Assembly (NCBI RefSeq): GCF_036323395.1
Contig: NZ_AP028907.1
Span: 1,860,001 to 1,892,000 of the forward strand
Reading direction: 5' to 3'
DNA: 32,000 nt
Source of the DNA: Pyrodictium abyssi
GTDB taxonomy: Archaea > Thermoproteota > Thermoprotei_A > Sulfolobales > Pyrodictiaceae
Part shown: piece after piece, positions 8,264-17,432 of the stretch
How positions within the stretch are numbered: position 1 is the stretch's first letter
Layout of the letters: the number at the start of each line of letters is the position of its first letter
Notes under the pieces: generated by a model
Told to the model about the DNA's origin: nothing
Database searches by the model: none
Seen by the model: the letters and a program-made list of their open reading frames with translations, nothing else
Position numbers and translations under genes: made by a program

Positions 8264-9694
8264 ATGGTCTTAGCCAGGATACTTCGGCGGCTACGTTCCC
8301 GCAGCATAGTGGAGGTTACTGGGGTCAGCGAGCAGTTTATAGACCACATGGACGTTTTCTACAAGCGTTTAGCAGCTATTGGTGGACGCTATGTCTTTGA
8401 GTGCCGCTCGGGAACATGTCTATCGTTTATAGAGCTCCCATCAAGCGATTACCAGGCAATAGTCGCAGCGCCAGGCCTAGACGTGAGAAACCCTAGCCAA
8501 CAAGGCAAGATGAATGGATACACGCTACTTCCCCCTCCGCGTGGCGATAGAATACTCTGGTGCGGCAAGACTAAGCCAGATAGCGATGAACGCTATGGGA
8601 TAATCCTGGGCTACTGTGCTAATGCAGCTGTAGTGCTCGACGAGGATAGCTTGCTCAGACACATACTCGTAGTTGGCTCCACGGGCTCGGGCAAAAGCCA
8701 TACCGCGGCACGGATAGCCATGTGTAGTAGTAGAATAGGTTTTAAGCCCATTATACTAGACTGGCACGGAGAATACGAACAACTGTTGGGGAGACACTAC
8801 GCCGGAGACTACACGGTCCTATCTTATCCGGATCTGCCGCGCGTAGCGTTTACCAGTAGCAGTATCCCTCTAGAGTCGTCCATATCGGTACTGGAACGCA
8901 CTCTAGACCTTAGCCCATTCCAATCCAGTATACTAGCTGCGTTCCTAGTGCTGGCTACACAGCAAGACGCTGCTACTGCTAAAGGGCTTCTAGACGTCGT
9001 GGTCAACCACATAGAGCGGGACGAGGTAAAGGAACTAATGGATACACTCAAAAGCGGGAACACCGTGCACGAACTTATACATGTAATTTCTACAGTATTC
9101 AATAAAAAGCGAAATGATTTCACGAGAGCCGAGCAGGAGATATGGCTTGCACTTCTAAGAAGACTCAACATAATAGCTACAAGCCGATATGCAAACATCT
9201 TCGCTATAAGGGAGACAAAAGAGTTGCTTAAGACTATACATATTGACGACTATTCCCCCACTATAGTTAGGCTGGACACTATATTATCGCTACGTATAAG
9301 GAAAATGTACGCTGTATACCTGCTGCAGATGCTATACACACTCGCAAACACTAATGGCACTAGGATATTGGTTGTAGTAGAGGAAGCACACAACTTGCTA
9401 GATAATAAAGTCGTCTCGGAACTTATAGCCGAGACACGCAAATATGGGATAGGGTTTTTAGTAGTAGTCCATACGCCGCGCATACTCCCTGAGCTGAGCG
9501 AGGCGAACTTCAACACAATAATAGCGCACAGAATAACGTCAGTAAACGATAGGCTTGTCATTGCAAAGACACTAGGGCTAGATGACGACTCAATCTTATC
9601 AAAACTTGAAGAAGGCGACGTACTAGTAAGAAGACACGACATGAAGACACCGCTACTTGTAAAGGTTGAACATAAAGCCCCATGTACACCCTAG
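8264..9694 (+). CDS. HerA-like / DUF87 P-loop ATPase
   Basis: HILVVGSTGSGKSHTAARIA (Walker A), PIILDWHGEYEQLL, ILVVVEEAHNLL (Walker B), FLVVVHTPRILPELSEANFNTIIAHRITS, GDVLVRRH. The ORF opens at 7871 but reads through the tRNA-Gly gene, so the start is placed at an internal ATG (MVLARILRRL...). Confidence 0.85.
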   Translation: MVLARILRRLRSRSIVEVTGVSEQFIDHMDVFYKRLAAIGGRYVFECRSGTCLSFIELPSSDYQAIVAAPGLDVRNPSQQGKMNGYTLLPPPRGDRILWCGKTKPDSDERYGIILGYCANAAVVLDEDSLLRHILVVGSTGSGKSHTAARIAMCSSRIGFKPIILDWHGEYEQLLGRHYAGDYTVLSYPDLPRVAFTSSSIPLESSISVLERTLDLSPFQSSILAAFLVLATQQDAATAKGLLDVVVNHIERDEVKELMDTLKSGNTVHELIHVISTVFNKKRNDFTRAEQEIWLALLRRLNIIATSRYANIFAIRETKELLKTIHIDDYSPTIVRLDTILSLRIRKMYAVYLLQMLYTLANTNGTRILVVVEEAHNLLDNKVVSELIAETRKYGIGFLVVVHTPRILPELSEANFNTIIAHRITSVNDRLVIAKTLGLDDDSILSKLEEGDVLVRRHDMKTPLLVKVEHKAPCTP

Positions 9695-9800
9695 ACACAC
9701 ATAACAATGATGCCGCAGGGACATAATGCTACAGGTTGCCCCAGCCACTAGCCCGCCGGCATGTATGATCTTTGGACCTCAGGGAGGCCGGCAGAATGTG

Positions 9801-9888
9801 TGGTGCGGGGGGTGGGATTTGAACCCACGCCGGCCTACGCCAGCGGGTCTTAAGCCCGCCCCCTTCGACCTGGCTCGGGCACCCCCGC
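9801..9888 (-). tRNA. tRNA-Leu(TAA), CCA encoded
   Basis: Acceptor GCGGGGG/CCCCCGC, anticodon stem-loop GCGGG-CTTAAGA-CCCGC, long variable arm, T-arm GTGGGTTCAAATCCCAC. Confidence 0.95.
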
Positions 9889-10261
9889 ACCCGATGTGTG
9901 CCCCCATGCTATTATGCCCTACCCCCTGGCTCCAGATATACCCTTCTTGAGGACTGACATATACCCTCAGCCATAGACCGGGAAGCAGCCATGCAACTCG
10001 AGCTAGAGGTGTACTTCGTCACATAGCAGCATCCTGACATGTTACCAAGCTATTGTACACTATACATCGGAAAAGCATAGTCTAGCACAATTAGAAGCGC
10101 GAATAATGGCTATAGGAGCGCCATGCCGGGATTCCGGCCTGGTTCGCAGAAGTGCCCAGCATAAATGTATAGCACGGAGCTATAGGCACATCATGGACTG
10201 CTTTGACCAAAAATAACTACCCACTACGGGGTCTGAGACAGCATCTTGCTAATGTCAACAG

Positions 10262-10558
10262 TTACTCCTCTACACCTTCCAGCTCCTCTTGTAGAAGTTC
10301 TTGAAGCACCTCCCTGTATTCCTCGCGCTCCTGCTCCCACTCTTCAAGCGACTTTATCGGCCGACGCTTAGCCTCACTCACCTTAAGGGTTGTGATTGTA
10401 CGCTCCTGCTCCGGCGTAGCACCCACTATAGTGTAGTCCCGGAGCTGGCCACCCTGAGCGGATACCGTGTGCCCGCACCGGGTGCAGCGTAGCAGTACGC
10501 TGCCACCCTCACGGCCTACTGGTATCATCAGTCCCCCACAGCGTGGACAGAACTCCAT
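10262..10558 (-). CDS. TFS/RpoM N-terminal-like zinc ribbon protein (no C-terminal TFIIS ribbon)
   Basis: MEFCPRCGGLMIPVGREGGSVLLRCTRCGHTV resembles the N-terminal domain of transcription factor S/RPB9; the C-terminus is an acidic helix only. Confidence 0.65.
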   Translation of the reverse strand: MEFCPRCGGLMIPVGREGGSVLLRCTRCGHTVSAQGGQLRDYTIVGATPEQERTITTLKVSEAKRRPIKSLEEWEQEREEYREVLQELLQEELEGVEE

Positions 10559-10667
10559 ACGGCGTTTACCTCCCCTCTCGTCTCCCCTTACATGTCTTTG
10601 CCGTTCAACCAGCGCTACACATCCCGCATAAGCCCACTATATATACCTAACTCCTTACTTCATCGGC

Positions 10668-12179
10668 TTAGGGGAATAGCTTCACTATAACACCCTCAAC
10701 GACAACCGCATTATACTCCTCGATGATTCTTACCGCCTCGTGCAGTCTTGCATCGCTTGATGCATATATAGTCAGCAAGGGGTCACCCTTCTTAACACGG
10801 TAGCCCGTCTTAACATGAAGCTTTATGCCAGCCGTCTTATCGTCGGGCGCGCCAGCAGCCTTAGCTGCAAGAGATATAGCCACATTATCTATAGATGATA
10901 CTATCCCGTCACGTCGTGCCTCGAGCGTGAACCTCTTAGGAGCTAAACGTATATCCTCAGGCTTGACGTCGGGATCGCCCTCCTGAACCTCTATTATTTC
11001 TCTAAACTTCTTGTAGGCCATACCGCTTCTGAGTATCTCGCAGGCAAGACTATACCCCCTGCCGCGGGGCGCAACGCCACCTAGCTCTAGTACGAGGCCG
11101 GCAAGACTGCACGCCTTCTCGACTAGTCCCAGCGGCCCATCACCTTTCATTAGGGTCTCTAGGGCTTCTCTGGCCTCCAACGCCGGACCTACTGAAAGCC
11201 CTATAGGCTCGTTACCAAAGGTTAGTGCAACACGCATAGTGACGCCAAGCCTACTAGCCTGGGATAGGAACATAGATGCCAACATTGCGGCGTCCTTCTC
11301 GTTCTCTACTTTAGCACCGCGCCCCACTGGGATGTCGATAACAAGCCTTGACACGCTCATAGCGAGCTTCTTTGCCAGTATGCTCGCCACCATCTGGGTA
11401 GGAGGGTCAACCCCTATACGCCTTTCAACTCTCACGAAGACGTCGTCCGCCGGTGCCAGGTTGAGGGCACCACCCCAGACGATGAGCCCCCGCGCACGTA
11501 GAGCCATGTCATGTATCTCCTCAGCCGAGAATGTTACCCTAGCTAGAACCTCCATGGTGTCTGCAGTACCTGCGGGGCTGGTTATGGCTCGACTGCTCGT
11601 CTTAGGTATGAGGAGGCCCTTAGAAGCGACTATGGGCACAACTATGAGAGCTACCTTACTGTTACCCGGCACACCACCTATACTATGTTCGTCGTATACG
11701 GGTTCACCAAAGCTAACAATCTCGCCGGTATCAACCATAGCCCTAATAAGATATCCTAGCTCCTCGTCGCTGAGCCTATGATGGAGCTGGCTCACGAGAA
11801 AAGCGGCTATCTGGGCCTCGTCATAAAGCCCAGCTACTATGTCGCCTACTAGCCGCTTATAGTCGCCCGCATCGAGACGCTTACCTTCGAGACGGCGTTT
11901 GAAAGCATCAAAGCTAGGCGGGAGATCAACTGGATAAACCTCGGCTGCTTTACAGTCACCTAGCTTCTTCAACAACTGGTGTGAAGCAGCTACAGAGCCA
12001 GGACTAACAAGGTGGCTTAAAGCAGCCAAGGCCCCAAGACTGCGCCCGCCACACACTATGCTGACACGTGACCCGGCTAGTATACTCATTCGTTCAGCAT
12101 CCCGTGGATTCAAGAATACAGCGTCACAGCCAACATCAATATCTAGTTGTTCTACGCGGAGACTACGTCCAAGCTCCAC
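10668..12179 (-). CDS. deoA: AMP phosphorylase (archaeal thymidine phosphorylase family)
   Basis: LSDEELGYLIRAMVDTGE, VYDEHSIGGVPGNSKVALIVVPIVASKGLLIPKTSSRAITSPAGTADTMEVLA; GGALNLAPADD; archaeal-length N-terminal domain. Confidence 0.93.
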   Translation of the reverse strand: MELGRSLRVEQLDIDVGCDAVFLNPRDAERMSILAGSRVSIVCGGRSLGALAALSHLVSPGSVAASHQLLKKLGDCKAAEVYPVDLPPSFDAFKRRLEGKRLDAGDYKRLVGDIVAGLYDEAQIAAFLVSQLHHRLSDEELGYLIRAMVDTGEIVSFGEPVYDEHSIGGVPGNSKVALIVVPIVASKGLLIPKTSSRAITSPAGTADTMEVLARVTFSAEEIHDMALRARGLIVWGGALNLAPADDVFVRVERRIGVDPPTQMVASILAKKLAMSVSRLVIDIPVGRGAKVENEKDAAMLASMFLSQASRLGVTMRVALTFGNEPIGLSVGPALEAREALETLMKGDGPLGLVEKACSLAGLVLELGGVAPRGRGYSLACEILRSGMAYKKFREIIEVQEGDPDVKPEDIRLAPKRFTLEARRDGIVSSIDNVAISLAAKAAGAPDDKTAGIKLHVKTGYRVKKGDPLLTIYASSDARLHEAVRIIEEYNAVVVEGVIVKLFP

Positions 12180-12322
12180 AGTACATCACCTATAGAGGCA
12201 CAGCCAGAGACAATAACCCTGACGGACACTATACCTGGATACGCCTGCAACCCCGAGCCACACATCTAACCCTCTTTAGAGCTACAGCACACAGTAACAT
12301 AGTAGCCGGTGCTAGAATAAAA

Positions 12323-12676
12323 ATGTGCAAGACAAGGCTCCATGCCTACATCTCAACACCCCAACAAAGGCTTGAAAAAGACATACACTACCATCCAAGA
12401 AACTGCATGAAGGCTAAACAGCCACACATAGACTTACCATGCATCGAGCCCCTCTGCAGCCTAGCCATGAAGCAAGGTATCAAGCTCCTATGCAGAAGCC
12501 GTGACAGCTGCATAAAGCTTCTAGAGCCACTAACTGGTATAGAAGTCGAAATATGCACAGATACAGGAAAGCCCCGTTGCCAAAGACAAGTATACATAAT
12601 GAAGACGAGAAGCGGAAACATATACATAGGTCCAGTAATAGTAACCACAGAGAGCATAATGAGTAAGAAGAAATAG
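12323..12676 (+). CDS. Hypothetical Cys-rich small protein (117 aa)
   Basis: Open from ATG at 12323 (MCKTRLHAYISTPQQ...TESIMSKKK); lies in an AT-richer gap between the AMP phosphorylase gene and a tRNA. No homology can be asserted. Confidence 0.35.
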   Translation: MCKTRLHAYISTPQQRLEKDIHYHPRNCMKAKQPHIDLPCIEPLCSLAMKQGIKLLCRSRDSCIKLLEPLTGIEVEICTDTGKPRCQRQVYIMKTRSGNIYIGPVIVTTESIMSKKK

Positions 12677-12947
12677 TACTTTTACCACCTAAATTACCTA
12701 AACAACGCTGAGTCCAACTAGTAACAGAGCCAGGAGCCGTAGATACGAACATAACTAGTCCAACAGTGGACAGAAAGCTAGTGATATCCACTGCATCAAC
12801 AGAAACGCAACAAGAGAATAGACGTCAAGCAGACACTAAAGATGCGCCGGGGAATCCCTGCCCCAGACGCGCAGATAGCCGGAACAGCCGTCTAGAAGTC
12901 AGTAGACGTATACGTATACATAGGTAGCGGACGAGCCAGTAGGGGTG

Positions 12948-13035
12948 TGGTGCGGGGGGTGGGATTTGAACCCACGCAGGCCTACGCCAGCGGGTCCTCA
13001 GCCCGCCCCCTTTGACCTGGCTCGGGCACCCCCGC
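12948..13035 (-). tRNA. tRNA-Leu(GAG), CCA encoded
   Basis: Almost identical to the tRNA-Leu at 9801-9888, with anticodon loop CTGAGGA. Confidence 0.95.
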
Positions 13036-13090
13036 ACCCTGCAGCCGTGTGGAGACGGGATAGAGAGGGGAGGTTTTTGAAGCTTAACGG

Positions 13091-13215
13091 TGGCGCCGGG
13101 GGCGGGATTTGAACCCGCGCGCCCCTCCACGGGGCAGTGGGTCTCCCGGTCCTGCCTAGAGCCGGAAAAGGTCTGGTCTCGAGCCCACCGCCTTGGACCG
13201 CTCGGCCACCCCGGC
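13091..13215 (-). tRNA. tRNA-Ser(CGA) with intron at 37/38
   Basis: Acceptor GCCGGGG/CCCCGGC-G-CCA, long variable arm. Anticodon stem GTGGG...CCCAC closes only after removing about 35 nt (about 13143-13177), giving loop CTCGAGA. Confidence 0.9.
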
Positions 13216-13289
13216 ACCCATCCTAGGGCCGTGTCCTACTAGTCAGAATAGTTAGGGGGCTTTTACCCTTGCTTTGTCACCTAGATGGG

Positions 13290-14243
13290 CTACACTGGGA
13301 CGTAGACCGGGTTACTATCTGTCGCTATATCTTTGTAGCTTTCGAGCATATTGCGTATGGGTTTTGGTAACGTGAACATCCATTGATGTGTTGCACCGTC
13401 GTAGAATCGAAGACTACCGTTAATCCTGTTCTTTATTAGTTCGTCTACCTCTTCGGAGCTTAGTCTGGCTGGGTCTACCGTGTCTGACGCTGCGACAAAT
13501 CCCCATATGCCGTTGTAGCTTCTGACGTAGGTTATGTATGGCCTTGTTATCTTGAATACGGACGCTATAGTATTCCTTATTGTTGCGTAGACTCTCGGGG
13601 TTAGTATCGGAGACGAGGCCTGCGTCACAATTACCCCGCCAGACTTAAGCACGTTGGCCACCAGCTTGTAGAACTCAAGCGTATAGAGCAGAGCCGCGGG
13701 ACCACCCTCCATAGGGTCCACTAGGTCGAGGATCACTACGTCAAACTTCCGGTCGGTTTCTGAAAGGAACTTTCTACCATCAGCGAATACTAGCTCGAGT
13801 TTCTCGCTGTCAAAGGCACCCTGGTGCCACTCCGGTAGATACTTCTTAGCCAGCTCTATCAGCTCAGCATCTATATCAACCATCGTCACACGTTCAACGC
13901 ACTTGTGTTTAAGCACTTCACGAGCCGTAGCTCCCTCTCCACCGCCTATTATCAGAACCTCCTTCGGGCAAGTATGCGCCAGCATTACCGGATGCACAAG
14001 AGCTTCGTGGTACCAGTGTTCGTCGAAAAGACTACTCTGCACTTTACCGTCCAGCACTAGCGACTTTCCAATACCTGCTAGCTCTCCAATGAGGTACTCC
14101 TGGAATCTCGTTGCGCCTGCTGCATAAATCTTCTCAACACTCCGTATACACGCCTCGCCCTCTGTTATCCACTCAGCCACTATCCTCCATGGGAGCTTCT
14201 GCGTCAAGACCCCGGACCTCCTACCCAAGAGCATGCCCGGCAC
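13290..14243 (-). CDS. speE: Spermidine synthase-like polyamine aminopropyltransferase
   Basis: QSSLFDEHWYHEALVHPVM, VLIIGGGEGATAREVLKH, VTMVDIDAELIELAKKYLP, DVVILDLVDPMEGGPAALLYTLEFYKLV. Confidence 0.92.
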   Translation of the reverse strand: MPGMLLGRRSGVLTQKLPWRIVAEWITEGEACIRSVEKIYAAGATRFQEYLIGELAGIGKSLVLDGKVQSSLFDEHWYHEALVHPVMLAHTCPKEVLIIGGGEGATAREVLKHKCVERVTMVDIDAELIELAKKYLPEWHQGAFDSEKLELVFADGRKFLSETDRKFDVVILDLVDPMEGGPAALLYTLEFYKLVANVLKSGGVIVTQASSPILTPRVYATIRNTIASVFKITRPYITYVRSYNGIWGFVAASDTVDPARLSSEEVDELIKNRINGSLRFYDGATHQWMFTLPKPIRNMLESYKDIATDSNPVYVPV

Positions 14244-14459
14244 AGCACTCTAGGGGCCCGCCGCGTTCCCTCTCTAGGGCCCAAGGCGGGGAGCATTGCT
14301 GGAGGGGAGTATAAACGCGGTGCAGGATCTGGCCCGCGGACTAGCCGATAGAACGAGGCCAGCCACACGCTCACGGGCTAGGCGTTACTAGGGTGACAGT
14401 GAGCGTCAAGATGCTTGCAGTTCACAGTGTTGCCGCCATGTGTTGGAGGACTTGAGGAG

Positions 14460-14537
14460 TGGTGGGCCCGCGGGGATTTGAACCCCGGACCTCCGCCGTG
14501 TAAGGGCGGCGTCCTAACCAGGCTAGACGACGGGCCC
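14460..14537 (-). tRNA. tRNA-Val(TAC), CCA encoded
   Basis: Acceptor GGGCCCG/CGGGCCC, anticodon stem-loop CCGCC-CTTACAC-GGCGG, T-arm CGGGGTTCAAATCCCCG. Confidence 0.95.
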
Positions 14538-14713
14538 ACCCGCGGGCCTCCGCTATCGGATTCATGCAGAAAGACCGGGGTTATAAGCTCTACGTTACAC
14601 TGTCATATTGCTATGGACCCTGGCTAGACGCTTGTAGGAGCTGCCTAGGCCCGCCGCATGACTTGTAGCAAAACTGCTAAGCATCTGGCCCTAACAGCTT
14701 CTCCACCGGGTAG

Positions 14714-14773
14714 ATGATGAGGTTCGCTAGGGGTGAGCAAGCTCTGCGATGAGCATGGTATGGCGGAGGCTGA
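14714..14773 (+). ncRNA. Candidate C/D box sRNA
   Basis: ATGATGA (C box) ... GCGATGA (C'-like) ... CTGA (D box), 60 nt from C to D; no convincing D' box. Confidence 0.3.
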
Positions 14774-14822
14774 TAGTTTGTGCGGTGTTTTAATGCGTGG
14801 ATGGCAGGTGTGGCTGCTTAAT

Positions 14823-16358
14823 CTAGCCTAGGCTTCCTCTCATAACGCCGGCACGGGCTATGGCTTGTTCTGCTGCCTCCTTTATGCCGAGCTTTATCGC
14901 TCGCTCCGCGCTCTTCAAGGTCTCAACGTATTCTTCAGTTGGCTCTGCTGTATTGCCGCCTAGGAAGCTCCTAACTATTGATATATCTTCCTTCAAAAGC
15001 TGCATGGCTTTCTCATCCTTGATATAGCTCATCGCCACCTCTGGTACATAGAACCTTATGTCGTACTCCATATCATGTCTTAGTAGCGGCAGGGCCTTGA
15101 GCAGGAACTCTAGCGCCTCGCCACCGAGCTCTTTCTCCACTCGCTGGAGCCCCCTACCTAGCCCTATAAGCGATGGCGGCACACCCATGGTGTAGAGGCT
15201 GGCAGCATATGATATCGCGCGCGGCAGCTTGAGGTTCTTCGGGGGCTTCATGGCCAGTAGTTCCTTCTCTGCTGCAAACGCTAGGCTCATCTCTATACTC
15301 CTAGGATATTCTCCATGCGACAGTCTAGCCCTCCTACGGGGCACAAACACTGCTATGTGGGGTATCAGCTCTACTACGCGGAGTATGAACCGGAGATACT
15401 CTGATGTGAACAGCCTGGCTATGTTTATCAACAGTTTCTCCTCCTCGGGGCTGAGGATCCGTGGCTTCTCGTGAAGGTTCTCCAGGAGAGTGTTGACCAC
15501 CTTTTCTACGGCGCGAGGACCCTGGTCGTAGCGGATACCAGACTGTATAGTCACGGTAGAGTAGCCGGAGTACTGCTTGACGAACACCTCGACACTCCAT
15601 GGCGAGAGGTGGCCACGGAAGGGAAGGGCCCCCACGCCTATTATTGGGTGTACTCTCGTGTTCTCTTCCTCGGCCCACTTGTAGAGCCGCGACAGAGCGT
15701 AAACTAGAGCGATGCTCGAAGCCGCATGCCCATATGCTAGCGCGGTGTCTGATTTCCCCAGGAGTACACGATAGTGGCTGTAGTGTAGCCCCAGGTGTGT
15801 GAGGAGCGCGTTCTTCATGCCTTCGAGTATCTTATCGACGTGCAATAGTGCCTCCATATCCTCGACCAGCGGTATCACCTCTATATAGCCCGTCTTTACA
15901 CCTAGCTCTTCCTCCGCCAGGCGCTGCATCTTGAGAATCCTGCGCTGGAGTACATAGACCTCGTAGCCGCTAGAGCACATTGGGGTTATAATGTACCTGA
16001 CTGCCTGCGAGCCCGCCTTAACTATGGACTTCTTGTTGGCTACTAGGACGCCCCAGAGGACCATTATTTGACGCTCCGGGTCTTCGAGGCGCTCGGATGG
16101 TATACGGGGTGTCAACAGGAAGTCCTCGCCTGGCTGTAGCCCGTGGCGGAGAGTCTCCTCTACAACCCAGGAGACCTGGTGGTACGGGGTAAGCTTGCCC
16201 TCGTAGTCTATCATCTTCTCGTCTAGACCCAGCCCGCCCCGGCTACGTGGGAGCAGGTCGCGTAGAGCTTCCTCTACCTCCTCTTCTACCGTGAACCCCC
16301 GGCTTGCCGAGTCAGGGTGCTGTGTAGCCATTGCCAGAGGTACTGGGTACCCTAGCAC
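14823..16358 (-). CDS. ppcA: Phosphoenolpyruvate carboxylase, archaeal type
   Basis: MATQHPDSASR near the start, EVEEAL, DYEGKLTPYHQ, RIPSERLEDPERQ, GYIEVIPLVEDMEALLHVDKIL, ALAYGHAASSIALVYAL, GVGALPFRGHLSP: signatures of the short archaeal PEPC family. Confidence 0.93.
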   Translation of the reverse strand: MLGYPVPLAMATQHPDSASRGFTVEEEVEEALRDLLPRSRGGLGLDEKMIDYEGKLTPYHQVSWVVEETLRHGLQPGEDFLLTPRIPSERLEDPERQIMVLWGVLVANKKSIVKAGSQAVRYIITPMCSSGYEVYVLQRRILKMQRLAEEELGVKTGYIEVIPLVEDMEALLHVDKILEGMKNALLTHLGLHYSHYRVLLGKSDTALAYGHAASSIALVYALSRLYKWAEEENTRVHPIIGVGALPFRGHLSPWSVEVFVKQYSGYSTVTIQSGIRYDQGPRAVEKVVNTLLENLHEKPRILSPEEEKLLINIARLFTSEYLRFILRVVELIPHIAVFVPRRRARLSHGEYPRSIEMSLAFAAEKELLAMKPPKNLKLPRAISYAASLYTMGVPPSLIGLGRGLQRVEKELGGEALEFLLKALPLLRHDMEYDIRFYVPEVAMSYIKDEKAMQLLKEDISIVRSFLGGNTAEPTEEYVETLKSAERAIKLGIKEAAEQAIARAGVMRGSLG

Positions 16359-16484
16359 CGTCGTCTACCCCTAGCCGCCGCATAGCGGCGGAGAACTCAC
16401 ATTTAAGCTGCTCTCTCAGCGGCTAGAGGCCCGAGGCATAGAGCCGGGCTACTCCGGCCTAAACTGGCTCGGGGGTCGCGCGCT

Positions 16485-17432
16485 TTGGCCGGAGGCGTGA
16501 AGGTTAGGGCTTACTCGAGTAGCGCGAATCTAGGCCCGGGCTTCGACGCGCTGGCCGTAGCGCACACAGCGTTCTACGACGAGGTGGAAGCTCGCCTGGA
16601 GCCAGGCAACGGACAAGTGCTCGTTGAGTCTGTGTACGGCCCGTACGCCCACGAGGCCGGGAGAGCCGAGACCGCTAAGAAGGCTGTCGAGGAGCTATTG
16701 AGGCTCACAAACATAGACATAGGGGATCGTAACATAGTACTCCGTATATACAAGGGTGTACCTCCTGGAAAGGGCCTAGGGAGCAGTGGAGCCTCTGCCG
16801 CCGCCGCTGTAAAGGCCGCCGAGCTGCTACTCGACCTAGATGTGCCAGATAACGTTCTTGTCGAGGCTGCCGGTAGAGGCGAGGCTGCGGCTGCTGGCAC
16901 ACCACACTACGACAACGTCGCTGCCAGCCTACTCGGCGGCCTCGCCATAGTAGCCTTTGACAAGAATGGTAAGCTCTACGTCACTCACATGGAGATTGAT
17001 GCGTGGTTTACACTCTTCATACCTAGAGCTGAGATAGCGTCTGCCAAGACTAAGCTTATGAGAGAGATTCTACCCAAAGAAGTGGGTCTTGACCAAGCAG
17101 CAAGAAACTGGAGCAGACTAGCACTCCTTGTAGCAGCAGCTGCAAGGAACGATCTCCAGACACTCGGGCATATGATGATGCAGGACGAGATAGTCGAACC
17201 CGCCAGGTCGAGATTCATACCCTGCTACGACTCGGTCATAGAGGCCGCCATCGAGGCTGGAGCGTTAGGGGTGTCAATCAGCGGAGCCGGTCCATCACTT
17301 ATAGCGCTGTCGCGCTCACGCGAAGACGCAATAAGAGTTGCCAACGCGGTTGCAAAGAGCTGTAGGTGCTGCGAAGTAGAGGACATAAAGGTTGCACAAA
17401 CCGCTGGGCCCGCGACGAGAGTCAAGTGGTGA
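16485..17432 (+). CDS. thrB: Homoserine kinase (GHMP family)
   Basis: VRAYSSSANLGPGFDALAVA, VPPGKGLGSSGASAAAAVKA, HYDNVAASLLGG, GVSISGAGPSLIAL. Confidence 0.93.
   Translation: MAGGVKVRAYSSSANLGPGFDALAVAHTAFYDEVEARLEPGNGQVLVESVYGPYAHEAGRAETAKKAVEELLRLTNIDIGDRNIVLRIYKGVPPGKGLGSSGASAAAAVKAAELLLDLDVPDNVLVEAAGRGEAAAAGTPHYDNVAASLLGGLAIVAFDKNGKLYVTHMEIDAWFTLFIPRAEIASAKTKLMREILPKEVGLDQAARNWSRLALLVAAAARNDLQTLGHMMMQDEIVEPARSRFIPCYDSVIEAAIEAGALGVSISGAGPSLIALSRSREDAIRVANAVAKSCRCCEVEDIKVAQTAGPATRVKW

Noticed and set aside
8058-9888. tRNA-Gly to tRNA-Leu interval as an integrated mobile element
   Set aside because: No integrase and no duplicated tRNA 3' end (attR-like copy) could be seen downstream of the HerA-like gene.
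9726-9950. ORF 9726-9950 (+)
   Set aside because: Contains 'WWGGWDLNPRRPTPA'-like sequence from reading antisense across tRNA-Leu(TAA).
12825-13217. ORF of 130 aa on the minus strand
   Set aside because: Spans tRNA-Leu(GAG) and tRNA-Ser(CGA); an artefact of GC-rich tRNA sequence.
11-14411. Shared AGCGTCAAGA at 11-20 and 14402-14411 within similar GGTGAC...CTT context
   Set aside because: A 10-mer match is expected many times by chance in 32 kb, and no structure or gene context supports it.
14415-14627. ORF 14415-14627 (+)
   Set aside because: Reads antisense through tRNA-Val ('WWARGDLNPGPPPC').
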